From contig JBEIPA010000007.1 in the NCBI GenBank assembly GCA_040377305.1, forward strand, positions 128,001 to 192,000: DNA of 64,000 bases, given 5' to 3'. Below the pieces are notes generated by a model that saw only the letters and a list, made by a program, of their open reading frames with translations, was not told the origin of the DNA and ran no database searches. Positions 9,362-18,762 of this stretch are shown here, piece after piece (the stretch's first letter is position 1; each line of letters begins with the position of its first letter). Source of the DNA: Flavobacteriales bacterium (GTDB taxonomy: Bacteria > Bacteroidota > Bacteroidia > Palsa-965). A program made the position numbers and the translations under genes.

Positions 9362-10021
9362 TCAACGAATCCAATACGCGTACTTGTCAATCTGTGTTCG
9401 CTTCCAACCAAGTTCCTTAAATGCAAGTTCCGCGTTGAATTTTACGATTGAAGTAAACGTGTGAATATTCCCCGTGTTTTCTTTGACCACAAAATGTTTT
9501 GGATTGCGTTCGTCCAAACCAAAACCGCATTGACGGATTTCATTGAGCAAAATGGAATTACTGCGATCCGGAGCCGGTAACCCATACAATGTCCCCAGAC
9601 GTCGTACGTCAACTATACTCGTAAACACGATACGTTGGTTTGTGAATCGTATTTCCACCAGCGAAGTTCCACCTTCCGGCGAATGGTATCCAACCTGATC
9701 AGGATCACCGTACTGAATTTCGCCATTGGAATGTGGCGCAGGAACCGGTGCAGAGAACATTTCCGGGATTCGTGAAATGGTTTCCTTCTGAAATTGTTTC
9801 GCTCTGTAAACAAACCAGAAAGGAAGGAGCAGTGCGTATCCGGCAAGGCCAATGATCGGCAGTGACATAGGGACGGCAACATATGCCCAGCGCACATTGC
9901 CCTGTTCTTTCGCGGCGAAATAGTTCACTGCAGTCCATGCTGTGCCGACTAAGAATAGCAGCACGACAAAGAGGCCGTAGTATTTCAGAAATGTTTTCTG
10001 CGCAAAAAAAGGAACAGCCAT
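9362..10021 (-). CDS. Hypothetical membrane protein (2 TM + possible PH-like beta domain)
   Basis: Two hydrophobic N-terminal helices; IRFTNQRIVF motif. Confidence 0.6.
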   Translation of the reverse strand: MAVPFFAQKTFLKYYGLFVVLLFLVGTAWTAVNYFAAKEQGNVRWAYVAVPMSLPIIGLAGYALLLPFWFVYRAKQFQKETISRIPEMFSAPVPAPHSNGEIQYGDPDQVGYHSPEGGTSLVEIRFTNQRIVFTSIVDVRRLGTLYGLPAPDRSNSILLNEIRQCGFGLDERNPKHFVVKENTGNIHTFTSIVKFNAELAFKELGWKRTQIDKYAYWIR

Positions 10022-10025
10022 GAGA

Positions 10026-11921
10026 TTAATACGCTCTCACAGTCTTCCCTTCCATGTAGTAAATGAACGCACGGTTCACCACTTTGTTTCCGCCCCAGGT
10101 TGGGTAATTACCCGTGAAATACCAATCGCCGGTGTGACCCGGACAAGCATTATGCAAGCCTTCGATAGACTGGTAAATAATTTCCACTTCTGCTTTTGTT
10201 CCCGGAGGAGTAAGCAGTTGTGAAATCTTGCCGGAAATATTTTCTGCCGTAAAGGGCTGGTAAATTTCTTTCACTGCATTGACAATCTTGTCTGCCGGAA
10301 GACCTTCCTGCTCTTTTGCTTTCGCGTAAACTTCATCGAGAAGATCCTCCATGTTGTTTTCACGTATCAATTCAATTGCGGCCTGAAATGCAATGAAGTC
10401 GCCCATGCGCGCCATATCGATTCCGTAACAATCGGGATAGCGGATTTGAGGTGCAGAAGAAACCACCACAATTTTCTTCGGTTGCAAACGATCAAGGATC
10501 TTGATGATGCTTTGCTTCAGTGTTGTTCCGCGCACGATGGAATCATCAAGCACAACGAGATTGTCTCCGGGTTTTACAACACCATACGTTGTGTCGTAAA
10601 CGTGAGCAACCATGTCGTCGCGTTTGTTGTCGTTCGTGATGAACGTACGCAACTTCGCATCTTTCAGTGCAATTTTCTCTACGCGTGGTTGTTGTTCGAG
10701 AATCTGCGACAATTCCGGATCGGCCACATTTTTCATGGTGAGAATCTGGTGGCGCTTGATTCCGTTCAGGTAATGATGCAGTCCTTCCACCATTCCATAG
10801 AATGCAACTTCTGCCGTATTCGGAATAAACGAGAACACCGAATTCTTCATGTCGTAGTCAATCGACTTCAACACAGTTGGTGTTAATTGACGACCAAGGT
10901 TTTTACGCTCCTGGTAAATATCAACATCGTTGCCACGCGAAAAATAAATGCGTTCGAACGAACACGCTTTCTTCGGTTTCGTTGTGCGAATCTGCTTCTC
11001 GAAAACTTCTCCGGTCTTTTTGATGATGAGCGCATGTCCCGGAGTTACTTCTTTAATTTCATCGGCCTGAACATTAAACGCGGTCATAATCTGCGGACGT
11101 TCTGAAGTCACCACTACAACCTCATCGTTCATGTAATAATGTGCAGGACGAATTCCGTTTGGATCGCGCAACACGAATGCATCGCCGTGACCAAACATTC
11201 CGGCCATGGCATAACCGCCATCCCATTTCTTGGAAGCGTCTTTCAGAATTTTCTGAATGTCGAGATCGCGCGCAATGAGTGCGGTGATTTCCTCATTCGT
11301 TTTTCCGGCGTCTTTATGCTTGTGAAAAATATTTTCTACTTCACGATCGAGGAAGTGCCCGATCTTTTCCATTACTGTAACTGTATCTGCTTTTTCCTTC
11401 GGGTGCTGACCAAGTTCAACGAGATGCTTGAAAAGCTCATCGACGTTCGTAAGGTTGAAGTTGCCGGCAACAACGAGGTTACGTGTAATCCAGTTGTTCT
11501 GTCGCAAGAAAGGATGACAGTTTTCAATACTGTTACTGCCGTAGGTGCCGTAACGAAGATGTCCGAGCAATAATTCGCCGGTGAATGCAACATGACGTTT
11601 CAGCCAATCAGCATCTTTGAGCTTCTCCGGATTCTTCGTATGTACACTTGCGAACTTGTCGTTGATCTTGCCGAAAATTTCCTTGATCGCGTTTTGCGAA
11701 GTCGAACGGTAACGGCTGATGTAGCGCGTGCCCGGTGGAATATCGAATTTGATGGTTGCAACTCCCGCGCCGTCTTGCCCGCGGTTGTGTTGTTTCTCCA
11801 TGAGCAAATACAGTTTGTTCAGCCCATACATAGGCGTGCCGTACTTGTCGATAAAATATTGGAGAGGTTTACGAAGACGAATAAGTGCAATCCCGCACTC
11901 GTGCTTGATAGCGTCGCTCAT
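10026..11921 (-). CDS. purF: Amidophosphoribosyltransferase (long Bacteroidota form)
   Basis: MSDAIKHECG (Ntn Cys), QHNRGQDGAG, GHLRYGT, CSFERIYFSR, VVLDDSIVRGTT PRPP loop, YPDCYGIDM. Confidence 0.95.
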   Translation of the reverse strand: MSDAIKHECGIALIRLRKPLQYFIDKYGTPMYGLNKLYLLMEKQHNRGQDGAGVATIKFDIPPGTRYISRYRSTSQNAIKEIFGKINDKFASVHTKNPEKLKDADWLKRHVAFTGELLLGHLRYGTYGSNSIENCHPFLRQNNWITRNLVVAGNFNLTNVDELFKHLVELGQHPKEKADTVTVMEKIGHFLDREVENIFHKHKDAGKTNEEITALIARDLDIQKILKDASKKWDGGYAMAGMFGHGDAFVLRDPNGIRPAHYYMNDEVVVVTSERPQIMTAFNVQADEIKEVTPGHALIIKKTGEVFEKQIRTTKPKKACSFERIYFSRGNDVDIYQERKNLGRQLTPTVLKSIDYDMKNSVFSFIPNTAEVAFYGMVEGLHHYLNGIKRHQILTMKNVADPELSQILEQQPRVEKIALKDAKLRTFITNDNKRDDMVAHVYDTTYGVVKPGDNLVVLDDSIVRGTTLKQSIIKILDRLQPKKIVVVSSAPQIRYPDCYGIDMARMGDFIAFQAAIELIRENNMEDLLDEVYAKAKEQEGLPADKIVNAVKEIYQPFTAENISGKISQLLTPPGTKAEVEIIYQSIEGLHNACPGHTGDWYFTGNYPTWGGNKVVNRAFIYYMEGKTVRAY

Positions 11922-12000
11922 ACTGGTTCCCGCGACCCTTGTGGTTCCATCCCGACGAGCTAACGCTGTCGGGATCAATAATAAGTCCGTCGTGGGACCG

Positions 12001-12008
12001 CAAAATTA
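12001..12008 (-). promoter_or_regulatory. Bacteroidota sigma70 -7 element for purF
   Basis: TAATTTTG on minus strand (TAnnTTTG), about 80 nt upstream of the ATG. Confidence 0.6.
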
Positions 12009-12197
12009 CGGAATTGCTGACTTCTGTCGGCGCATATTGGTCGATACGGGCGTTCCTTCGTCGAAAATCGCAGACTTTTTAGTGTAAAATCGCGCCACGA
12101 AAAGTAGAAATCCGGCAATTCGTTAAGCATGTGGTCAACCGGGCAAACCGTCGAATCTGACGCAGTTTCACAATAGCGCCCCGTAACTTTACTGGAA

Positions 12198-12914
12198 ATG
12201 AAAAGAGGAACACTGTTGATTGTTGTGGGGTTATGCGTGCTGATTTGCCTGCCGTCCTGCACGTTGAATTTTCGAATTGAGAAGCGTCAACACCGCGATG
12301 GTTTTTATGTGAGCAGCAAAAAGCATAAACAAACTACAGCAAGCGATTCACTGTATGGAGAGAATGCGCTTGATGTTGCGACGGTGTACACCGAAATGCA
12401 AGAGGATAGCACTGCGTTACGTGATTCCTTGCCAACCGTTACAAAGGCAAGAGTGATCAGAAGAGATTCGGCCATTTCCACAGTTCCGCAGGATGAAATT
12501 CATCCGGAAACGAATCCAAGGCAAATTTATCCGCACGCATCTGAAACGGAAGTTGTGTCGGCAGATGTTCCTGAAGAAGCACGACGCATTAACACACTGA
12601 GTTTGGTTGCCATGGGAATGCTGATACTTGGAGTCATTGCATCTATTGTTGCGTTCATGCCATTTGTATCGGCAGGCTTTGGTGTTCTGATTGCAGCAGC
12701 GCCTTTTCTGGTGTTAGGCGCGCTTGGACTCGGCATCTGGTTGCTCGTAAAAGCACGACGCCGTAAGCAAACTGCAACGACTCCGGAAACGCAGAGTTAT
12801 TACGACAAGCTGAGAAAGCGGGCGCGGTTGATTGTTATTCTGTCGTCGGCTGTTATTGTCGTGTTTGTCCTCTTTCTGGCATTGATAATTGCTGCACTTT
12901 CGACATTCAATTGA
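12198..12914 (+). CDS. Lipoprotein with C-terminal TM bundle (paralog 1 of 3)
   Basis: Lipobox LPSC, IEKRQHRDGFY motif, polar linker, 3 hydrophobic helices. Confidence 0.75.
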   Translation: MKRGTLLIVVGLCVLICLPSCTLNFRIEKRQHRDGFYVSSKKHKQTTASDSLYGENALDVATVYTEMQEDSTALRDSLPTVTKARVIRRDSAISTVPQDEIHPETNPRQIYPHASETEVVSADVPEEARRINTLSLVAMGMLILGVIASIVAFMPFVSAGFGVLIAAAPFLVLGALGLGIWLLVKARRRKQTATTPETQSYYDKLRKRARLIVILSSAVIVVFVLFLALIIAALSTFN

Positions 12915-12953
12915 CGGAATGACCTAACTTTAGTTCATCGTGCATCCTGCCTG

Positions 12954-13652
12954 ATGAAGCAATTAAGTCTATCCCGCGGAATTTTATTTGTGCTCCTTGT
13001 TAGTGCACTCCTGTCCTCGTGTTCAAACGGATTGCGTCTGGAGAGAAGGCATTACCGTAACGGATTTTATATTGACAGGAACGAGCGGAGTTCAGTTTCA
13101 ACGGAGATCATAACGGAGGATATACAAGAGCCCGCCAACGAAACTCAATCACTTCTCCAAAATGTAGATGCAGATACCGTCGTAAAGGATTCTGCTATCA
13201 CAATTGAAGAAAATGAAATTGCTGTTGACTCAAATAAATTCACCCCTTGCTGGAAATGGCAAACACCTTCAGATACTTCCGATAAGAAGAGTAAATTCAT
13301 TGACCGTTTCAGGTATAAAGGTCCACCGGAAGCTAAGAAGTCTGCTAACATTCACCGCTTGGGACTCACATTCATTGTGATCAGCATTGCAAGTATTTTT
13401 TTAAGCCTGACTCCCTTATATTTTCTGGCGTATGGTTCGTTTCTCGTGCTTCCTGGTATCGTACTTGAAATTGTAGCGATGGTCATGGCTTCGGAAGGAG
13501 TTGGTAAGTACAGCACAACCGATCCTGCGACATCTGAATATTTTAGAAGAATCCGGCGCAGAGCTATTTGGGGGTTGGTTGCGCTGGGAATAACGTACCT
13601 GGTTTTAATTGTAATAGCGGTGGTTATTGCGCTTTTTTTTAACGGATATTAG
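12954..13652 (+). CDS. Lipoprotein with C-terminal TM bundle (paralog 2 of 3)
   Basis: LLSSC, LERRHYRNGFY, 3 TM helices. Confidence 0.75.
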   Translation: MKQLSLSRGILFVLLVSALLSSCSNGLRLERRHYRNGFYIDRNERSSVSTEIITEDIQEPANETQSLLQNVDADTVVKDSAITIEENEIAVDSNKFTPCWKWQTPSDTSDKKSKFIDRFRYKGPPEAKKSANIHRLGLTFIVISIASIFLSLTPLYFLAYGSFLVLPGIVLEIVAMVMASEGVGKYSTTDPATSEYFRRIRRRAIWGLVALGITYLVLIVIAVVIALFFNGY

Positions 13653-13690
13653 AAAGGCAACTTTCCCGGGTTACCACGTCTTATTACTGA

Positions 13691-14428
13691 ATGAAAACAC
13701 AGTTGCGGATAGTATTAGCCGGCCTTGTTGCTGTTTTCCTTATGCCATCCTGCACGAGTGGATTGCATATTGAGAAGCGACATCACCGCGATGGATATTA
13801 CATCTCGAAAAGTGACCCCAAAACAAAGCATAATGCGGAAGGTGAAGTTGCTTCGAGGATAGAGAGTTCCTCTGCAGATACGTCTGCGCCCGCGAGTACC
13901 AGTTTAGATTCCGAACAACATTCAGATGATTCTTCAGTCAGCGAAATTCAGCCTCTGATTGAAAAACCAAAAACGTTCATTCGTAAGGTAGATTCAGTTC
14001 GCAAAGTATTTGCGGAGAAAATTTATCCTGCGAATGATTCCCTTGCACAGAACAAAGACCAGTTAGGAGCTTACAATGGTCCTGCGGATGCGAAGAATCT
14101 CGTTGCTGTACAACGCATTGGTTTTATTCTTTTGCTGGCTGCAGCAGCGGCTATAGGACTCGCAATCCTACTGCTCGCGCTCTTCTGGGAAGGGATGATC
14201 TTAATTCCGATAGCAGGCATTCTTGCGCTGATTTCTTACGGAATTCATATTGCAGTAATGGCCATTGCAATGGGCAAGTACAAACAATACCTGAACAAAG
14301 ATCCGGAGTCAGCTGAGTTCTATCGTAGAATGAAAAACCGGTCGCTGGCTGTTGTCATCGGAGTTTCAATTCTCTTGTTGTTCGCGATGTTTCTCTGGGT
14401 GGTGTCTATTACTGGCCCTGGATTCTAA
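13691..14428 (+). CDS. Lipoprotein with C-terminal TM bundle (paralog 3 of 3)
   Basis: LMPSC, IEKRHHRDGYY, 3 TM helices. Confidence 0.75.
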   Translation: MKTQLRIVLAGLVAVFLMPSCTSGLHIEKRHHRDGYYISKSDPKTKHNAEGEVASRIESSSADTSAPASTSLDSEQHSDDSSVSEIQPLIEKPKTFIRKVDSVRKVFAEKIYPANDSLAQNKDQLGAYNGPADAKNLVAVQRIGFILLLAAAAAIGLAILLLALFWEGMILIPIAGILALISYGIHIAVMAIAMGKYKQYLNKDPESAEFYRRMKNRSLAVVIGVSILLLFAMFLWVVSITGPGF

Positions 14429-14434
14429 GACGAA

Positions 14435-14881
14435 TTACTTTTTGATACCTAAAGAAGTAATTACAATATAGATATCGTGATCAAGACCCATCGCACCTTT
14501 CATGTGTCCGTTTTTAGACATGGGAACTTTCAGAATGTTGACGGTACGATCTCCCGCGGCGAATGACGTAAGAAAATACGCGTTGTACTTTTTTATTTCT
14601 TCACGGTTTTTCAAACGATCGTCGAGCGTCGCCATTCCACCAGGCCAATTGCCTTCCTGCGAGTATTTGTAAATATCCTTCTTCTCATCTGCGGATACCG
14701 TAGTTAACGCATTAATCGCGCTGACAGCCGCTTCGGTACCTTCAAGATCGAATGTTGAGAAGAGCTCACCCGGATCCGTAATCGTTACGGGTTTTAGCTT
14801 AGCACCGGTTGTTGTTTTGAATGTATTACACGATGCAACAAAAAGCAAAAGTGCAGCAAATGAATAGGCGATGAGTTTCAT
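14435..14881 (-). CDS. Hypothetical lipoprotein
   Basis: MKLIAYSFAALLLFVASC lipobox. Confidence 0.7.
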   Translation of the reverse strand: MKLIAYSFAALLLFVASCNTFKTTTGAKLKPVTITDPGELFSTFDLEGTEAAVSAINALTTVSADEKKDIYKYSQEGNWPGGMATLDDRLKNREEIKKYNAYFLTSFAAGDRTVNILKVPMSKNGHMKGAMGLDHDIYIVITSLGIKK

Positions 14882-14943
14882 GTGTGGTAGCGTTAGTGGT
14901 TAGGATCAAATGTAATCAAACAAGATACCAAAGAGGAGCGCTA

Positions 14944-15264
14944 CTACTTTTTTGGGAGGAGAATCTTGTTGTAAGCACAACTCAACGCATCTTTCAGCAT
15001 CGTCTTCTTCACCTTCTTCAGGTTCACGTAAGTCGCACCTTTTTTACCCCATGCATTCGGAACAGGATACATGACCGTTTTGTCGTACGCACAGAAAGCA
15101 GATTGATCAACCGGAGAAAGCATCACGCAGACCACATTTTCTTTTTCGCTCATGGTTGCGAAGATTTTTTTCTTCACCCGGAAGGAAGTGCGCTCGAAAT
15201 GCGGGAGCTCTTCGGAATCTCCGAATGAAAGAGCGAGTGTTCGTGCCTGATCGATTGTTACCAT
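14944..15264 (-). CDS. MmcQ/YjbR family DNA-binding protein
   Basis: LALSF..EELPHFERTSFRVKKKIFATM, WGKKGATYV; start overlaps upstream stop (TAATG). Confidence 0.88.
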   Translation of the reverse strand: MVTIDQARTLALSFGDSEELPHFERTSFRVKKKIFATMSEKENVVCVMLSPVDQSAFCAYDKTVMYPVPNAWGKKGATYVNLKKVKKTMLKDALSCAYNKILLPKK

Positions 15265-15764
15265 TATGGTCGTAACCAATTGGTCATTTGAGGAAATCCG
15301 CCGCGCTCACCGGGATTTTTGGTCATCTTCATCCACACCAACAAATCGAGTCCTTCGAATTCACCCTCCTGAAAATTATCAATCAGAGAACTGCTTGCAT
15401 TTTTATAACCAGCAGGATGAAATACAACTTCAGGTGGAATTCCTGTTTTCTGAATGGCTGCCCAGGTCCACAACAACACAGCTTGTTCTTCTGCGGCTTT
15501 TCCTGAATTCACTTCCGCAACATTTCCGCTGATGGAATCGCGTTTCGATGAATCTGTAACAGCTATATGCCCGGCTTCGTGAAGAATATCACCGGGGTAC
15601 AGGAGTTTTGATTTGCTGTAGACCACTTCTCCGTTCTCAATAGAAACTCCGGGCAAAAAAGTTGTTTCGGGAATTTCACCTTCACGCAAAACGATTCCGA
15701 TCTCTTCGAGAAAGTCGTGGAAGGTTTCGATGAGTGTTTCTCGCTGCTCCATGCTGGTCTGCAT
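15264..15764 (-). CDS. Hypothetical HExxH protein
   Basis: TFLPGV...YPGDILHEAGHIAV...EEQAV, FPQMTNWLR; TATCTTTG promoter at 15769-15776 supports start 15764. Confidence 0.75.
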   Translation of the reverse strand: MQTSMEQRETLIETFHDFLEEIGIVLREGEIPETTFLPGVSIENGEVVYSKSKLLYPGDILHEAGHIAVTDSSKRDSISGNVAEVNSGKAAEEQAVLLWTWAAIQKTGIPPEVVFHPAGYKNASSSLIDNFQEGEFEGLDLLVWMKMTKNPGERGGFPQMTNWLRP

Positions 15765-15902
15765 ACAGCAAAGATACAGTGGAATGTAGATGTAAAATAG
15801 CGCAGAGTTGTGAGAACGGGATTGCGGCCTGTTATGAGCACCGGCATATTCCTGGTCAATAAACCACAAGGGCGTCAATTCGATAGCTATCGGGATAGCA
15901 CA

Positions 15903-18569
15903 TTAATACGACCACTTCTTCGTGAACGTATTGAAGAATCCGATTCCGATTTTCGGATAAAACTTTGCTCCTTCGAGTGTGCTTGCTGAGGTACATGCAA
16001 ATACTCCAATGCGGAATAGCTGTTCTCTGATCCGGAATATGCGTTCAACACCAACGAACATTTCGGTGTGATAGAAATCTGCATCCGGAATCATGAGCAC
16101 ACCACCGCCCGCAGCACCGGTGATTTTTAATTTGCTTACCAACGGAACTTTCGACGCGAACGCACCTTCAAAGTGGTGAATGTAATTGGCACGGAAGAAC
16201 GTATTGGCTGTGCTGAGTCTTATTCCAACCAATTGGAATGAACGTGTAGGATCAGAGAAAATCCAGGAATCAGAACCACGGAAATATTTGTGCTCAAGCA
16301 ATCGCAATGAATCTGTATTGAGGAATGCGCCGTACTGAACATTCCACATACTGGTACCGAAACGACCGAGTTTCATCTCATCATTCGAACCAATTTCTAC
16401 GTAATCGAAATCGACTTCGCTGCCGAACAAACCGGGAATACCTTTGCGATAGAAGAATCGCACTTCGGGATATTTTGATCCGACAATAATTTTCCGGTGT
16501 TTGCGAATGATGTACTTCTGCTTGAAGCGATATTTCAGTTCGAGACGAATTTCAAATTTGGTGTAGCGAGGAAATTCCAATGGCTCGTTGTTGCTTCCGA
16601 AAATGCTGTCTTCCCACGGATTTTGCTGGATGTCTGCAATGGAAAACTGATCGCTATACTCGAATGTAATTTCTCCGAACAGTCCATTAACAATTTCCAT
16701 GCGCTGCGCTACACTCACTTCTTTTTGCCTCACCCAATTGCTTCGTGCAAATACCGCTTCCAGTGCCGCGTAGTCATTCACCATGCCATAGAAATCGCCG
16801 AAGCGAACGAATGTGCGCACAAACTTTAACGGATAATAGGTGAGACCCACGCCGACTTTCCCGCGTACATCTTTGTTTCGGAAACCGTAATCAATTTGTC
16901 CATCGGTTTCAAGCTTGAATCCGTTTTTGAAATCGTGGTTGTAATTACCTCCAAGCCGATGACGGTAACCACCAACACCAAACGGAACCATTTGCGAAAT
17001 GAGCGGATCAATGTACCAGTCATTACCGGTGAAACGGTTTCTGTGTGCTACACCATTTAACAGGAAACTCCACGCTGTAATGCGGTTGTAAGCGGAGTCG
17101 GCGTGAGTGAGATACGCTTCACTTTCGTAATACGCCATGAGGCTGTCGACCTTGTGGATGTAGATGATCTCTTTGTCGTTTAATTGAATTGCGCGATGAT
17201 CGATCCAATACAAACTGTCGCGATCAAAAGCACTATCGTTATAATGCTTGATCTCATCCGTGAACGTCTTTTTCGGGATTTCAATATTTACTTCATAATC
17301 CGAATGATCAACACGTGTATTTCCGATGATATTGAATTTGCCGTCTTTGATGGTGTAGATAAATTCACGACGTGTTGCCAGCCAGATATTCTCTTTCACT
17401 TCCGAATAATCCTGAATCACGAAAAATTCTTTGCAATACAAAAGCACACCCGGATTGATTGCAAGGTTCACCGACTTGATTGCCCACGTACTGTCTTCGA
17501 TGAAAAGAAACCCGGAGAAAAGCGCATCGTCTTTGAACAGCGGAATGACACTGATCTTGTGATACGTTGTTCCGTTCTCTACGAACGAAGCCAAAAACTC
17601 AAAGCGATAATTCAGAAACGCAGTAGCCGCGGCCGGAGAAAGGAGTGGTCGTGATGCGAGTGCAGGAACGTCGATGTAATTTTTGTAGAAGTTGAAATCC
17701 ATGCTTGCCGCATCACTCATCAGCATGTACGGATTTTCATCGTCCCATTGCATCGGAACAATTTCGTGTTCGCCATATCCTACATTCGCTGTAAATTCGC
17801 CGCCTTCGTTACGTTTGCGGGGAGCATAGTCATGAAATGCAAGCACGTCTTCCTTGAACCGATTCGGACGGTCGAACCAGGTTACCGAATACGATTCGAT
17901 GAGATTAATCGGCATGTTCGCAAAAGCACGTTGCAGACTACCGCGATCTTTTTTCTGTTCTTTTAGTTTCGCAGCTTTCTTGCGATCGCGTCGTTTCGTT
18001 GTATCAAGTTTCGCCAAGGCAGAATCCAGATCATCCTGATCCGGCTCTTCCGGTTTTGCATGCAACGCAGAATCTTCAAACGGCTTCTTGATTCTGATTT
18101 TCTCCAGCGACGATTTCTGGTACGTGTTGCACTTGAAGTTGTTTACGTCTTTCCAGTAGTCGTTACGTTGCGCAACAACTTTCTTCATAATTTCTTTTCC
18201 CTTGTCGCGGTCACCTTTCGCAACGATCTCAACACCACCCAGCATCCGGGCTTCAGTCGACATAGTTATGTCCAGCACCAACGATTTTCCCGACGCCACA
18301 TAGATGGTAGTATCGATCGTCTGGAATCCGAGCTGAGAAAACACAAGCGTGTGTGTTCCCGGCATGACTTCCAGAAAATAAGAACCGTCGAGATTGGTAT
18401 TAATACCGTACGAAGTATTTTTCACCATCACCACCACATAGGGCAGGGGTTCACCTGCAGTATCGCGAACGGTGCCTTTAACGACAGCTGCGTCTACGTT
18501 GGCACTGATCGAGAGAAATCCGATCAACGTGAAGAACAAAATGCGAAATCTGTACAAAGCGGATGTCAT
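15903..18569 (-). CDS. DUF5686 + carboxypeptidase-regulatory-like domain outer-membrane protein
   Basis: VKGTVRD..GEPLPYV..NLDGSY..SQLGF (CarbopepD_reg_2), SPAA...YRFEF, beta-barrel-like C-terminus; -7 element at 18582-18589. Confidence 0.88.
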   Translation of the reverse strand: MTSALYRFRILFFTLIGFLSISANVDAAVVKGTVRDTAGEPLPYVVVMVKNTSYGINTNLDGSYFLEVMPGTHTLVFSQLGFQTIDTTIYVASGKSLVLDITMSTEARMLGGVEIVAKGDRDKGKEIMKKVVAQRNDYWKDVNNFKCNTYQKSSLEKIRIKKPFEDSALHAKPEEPDQDDLDSALAKLDTTKRRDRKKAAKLKEQKKDRGSLQRAFANMPINLIESYSVTWFDRPNRFKEDVLAFHDYAPRKRNEGGEFTANVGYGEHEIVPMQWDDENPYMLMSDAASMDFNFYKNYIDVPALASRPLLSPAAATAFLNYRFEFLASFVENGTTYHKISVIPLFKDDALFSGFLFIEDSTWAIKSVNLAINPGVLLYCKEFFVIQDYSEVKENIWLATRREFIYTIKDGKFNIIGNTRVDHSDYEVNIEIPKKTFTDEIKHYNDSAFDRDSLYWIDHRAIQLNDKEIIYIHKVDSLMAYYESEAYLTHADSAYNRITAWSFLLNGVAHRNRFTGNDWYIDPLISQMVPFGVGGYRHRLGGNYNHDFKNGFKLETDGQIDYGFRNKDVRGKVGVGLTYYPLKFVRTFVRFGDFYGMVNDYAALEAVFARSNWVRQKEVSVAQRMEIVNGLFGEITFEYSDQFSIADIQQNPWEDSIFGSNNEPLEFPRYTKFEIRLELKYRFKQKYIIRKHRKIIVGSKYPEVRFFYRKGIPGLFGSEVDFDYVEIGSNDEMKLGRFGTSMWNVQYGAFLNTDSLRLLEHKYFRGSDSWIFSDPTRSFQLVGIRLSTANTFFRANYIHHFEGAFASKVPLVSKLKITGAAGGGVLMIPDADFYHTEMFVGVERIFRIREQLFRIGVFACTSASTLEGAKFYPKIGIGFFNTFTKKWSY

Positions 18570-18762
18570 TTCGAGGGTAGGCAAAGGTACGTTTAATGCC
18601 GATTTACAGCGTCTGGGAATGAGACGGGGAAATAGTGAAAAAGTTACGGGTGATTGGTGTTAAATTCAGGTGTTTCATAAATAGAACATGGTAAAGTAAC
18701 TTATCGGGATTCACAGAAGGAATACCCATATCTTGAGCGGGATTCATTCACACCTTTTTCCT

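Noticed and set aside
11922-12000. ZTP (pfl) or guanine riboswitch upstream of purF
   Set aside because: Conserved ZTP ACUGG / CGCCUGGG elements and purine-aptamer junction motifs are not present
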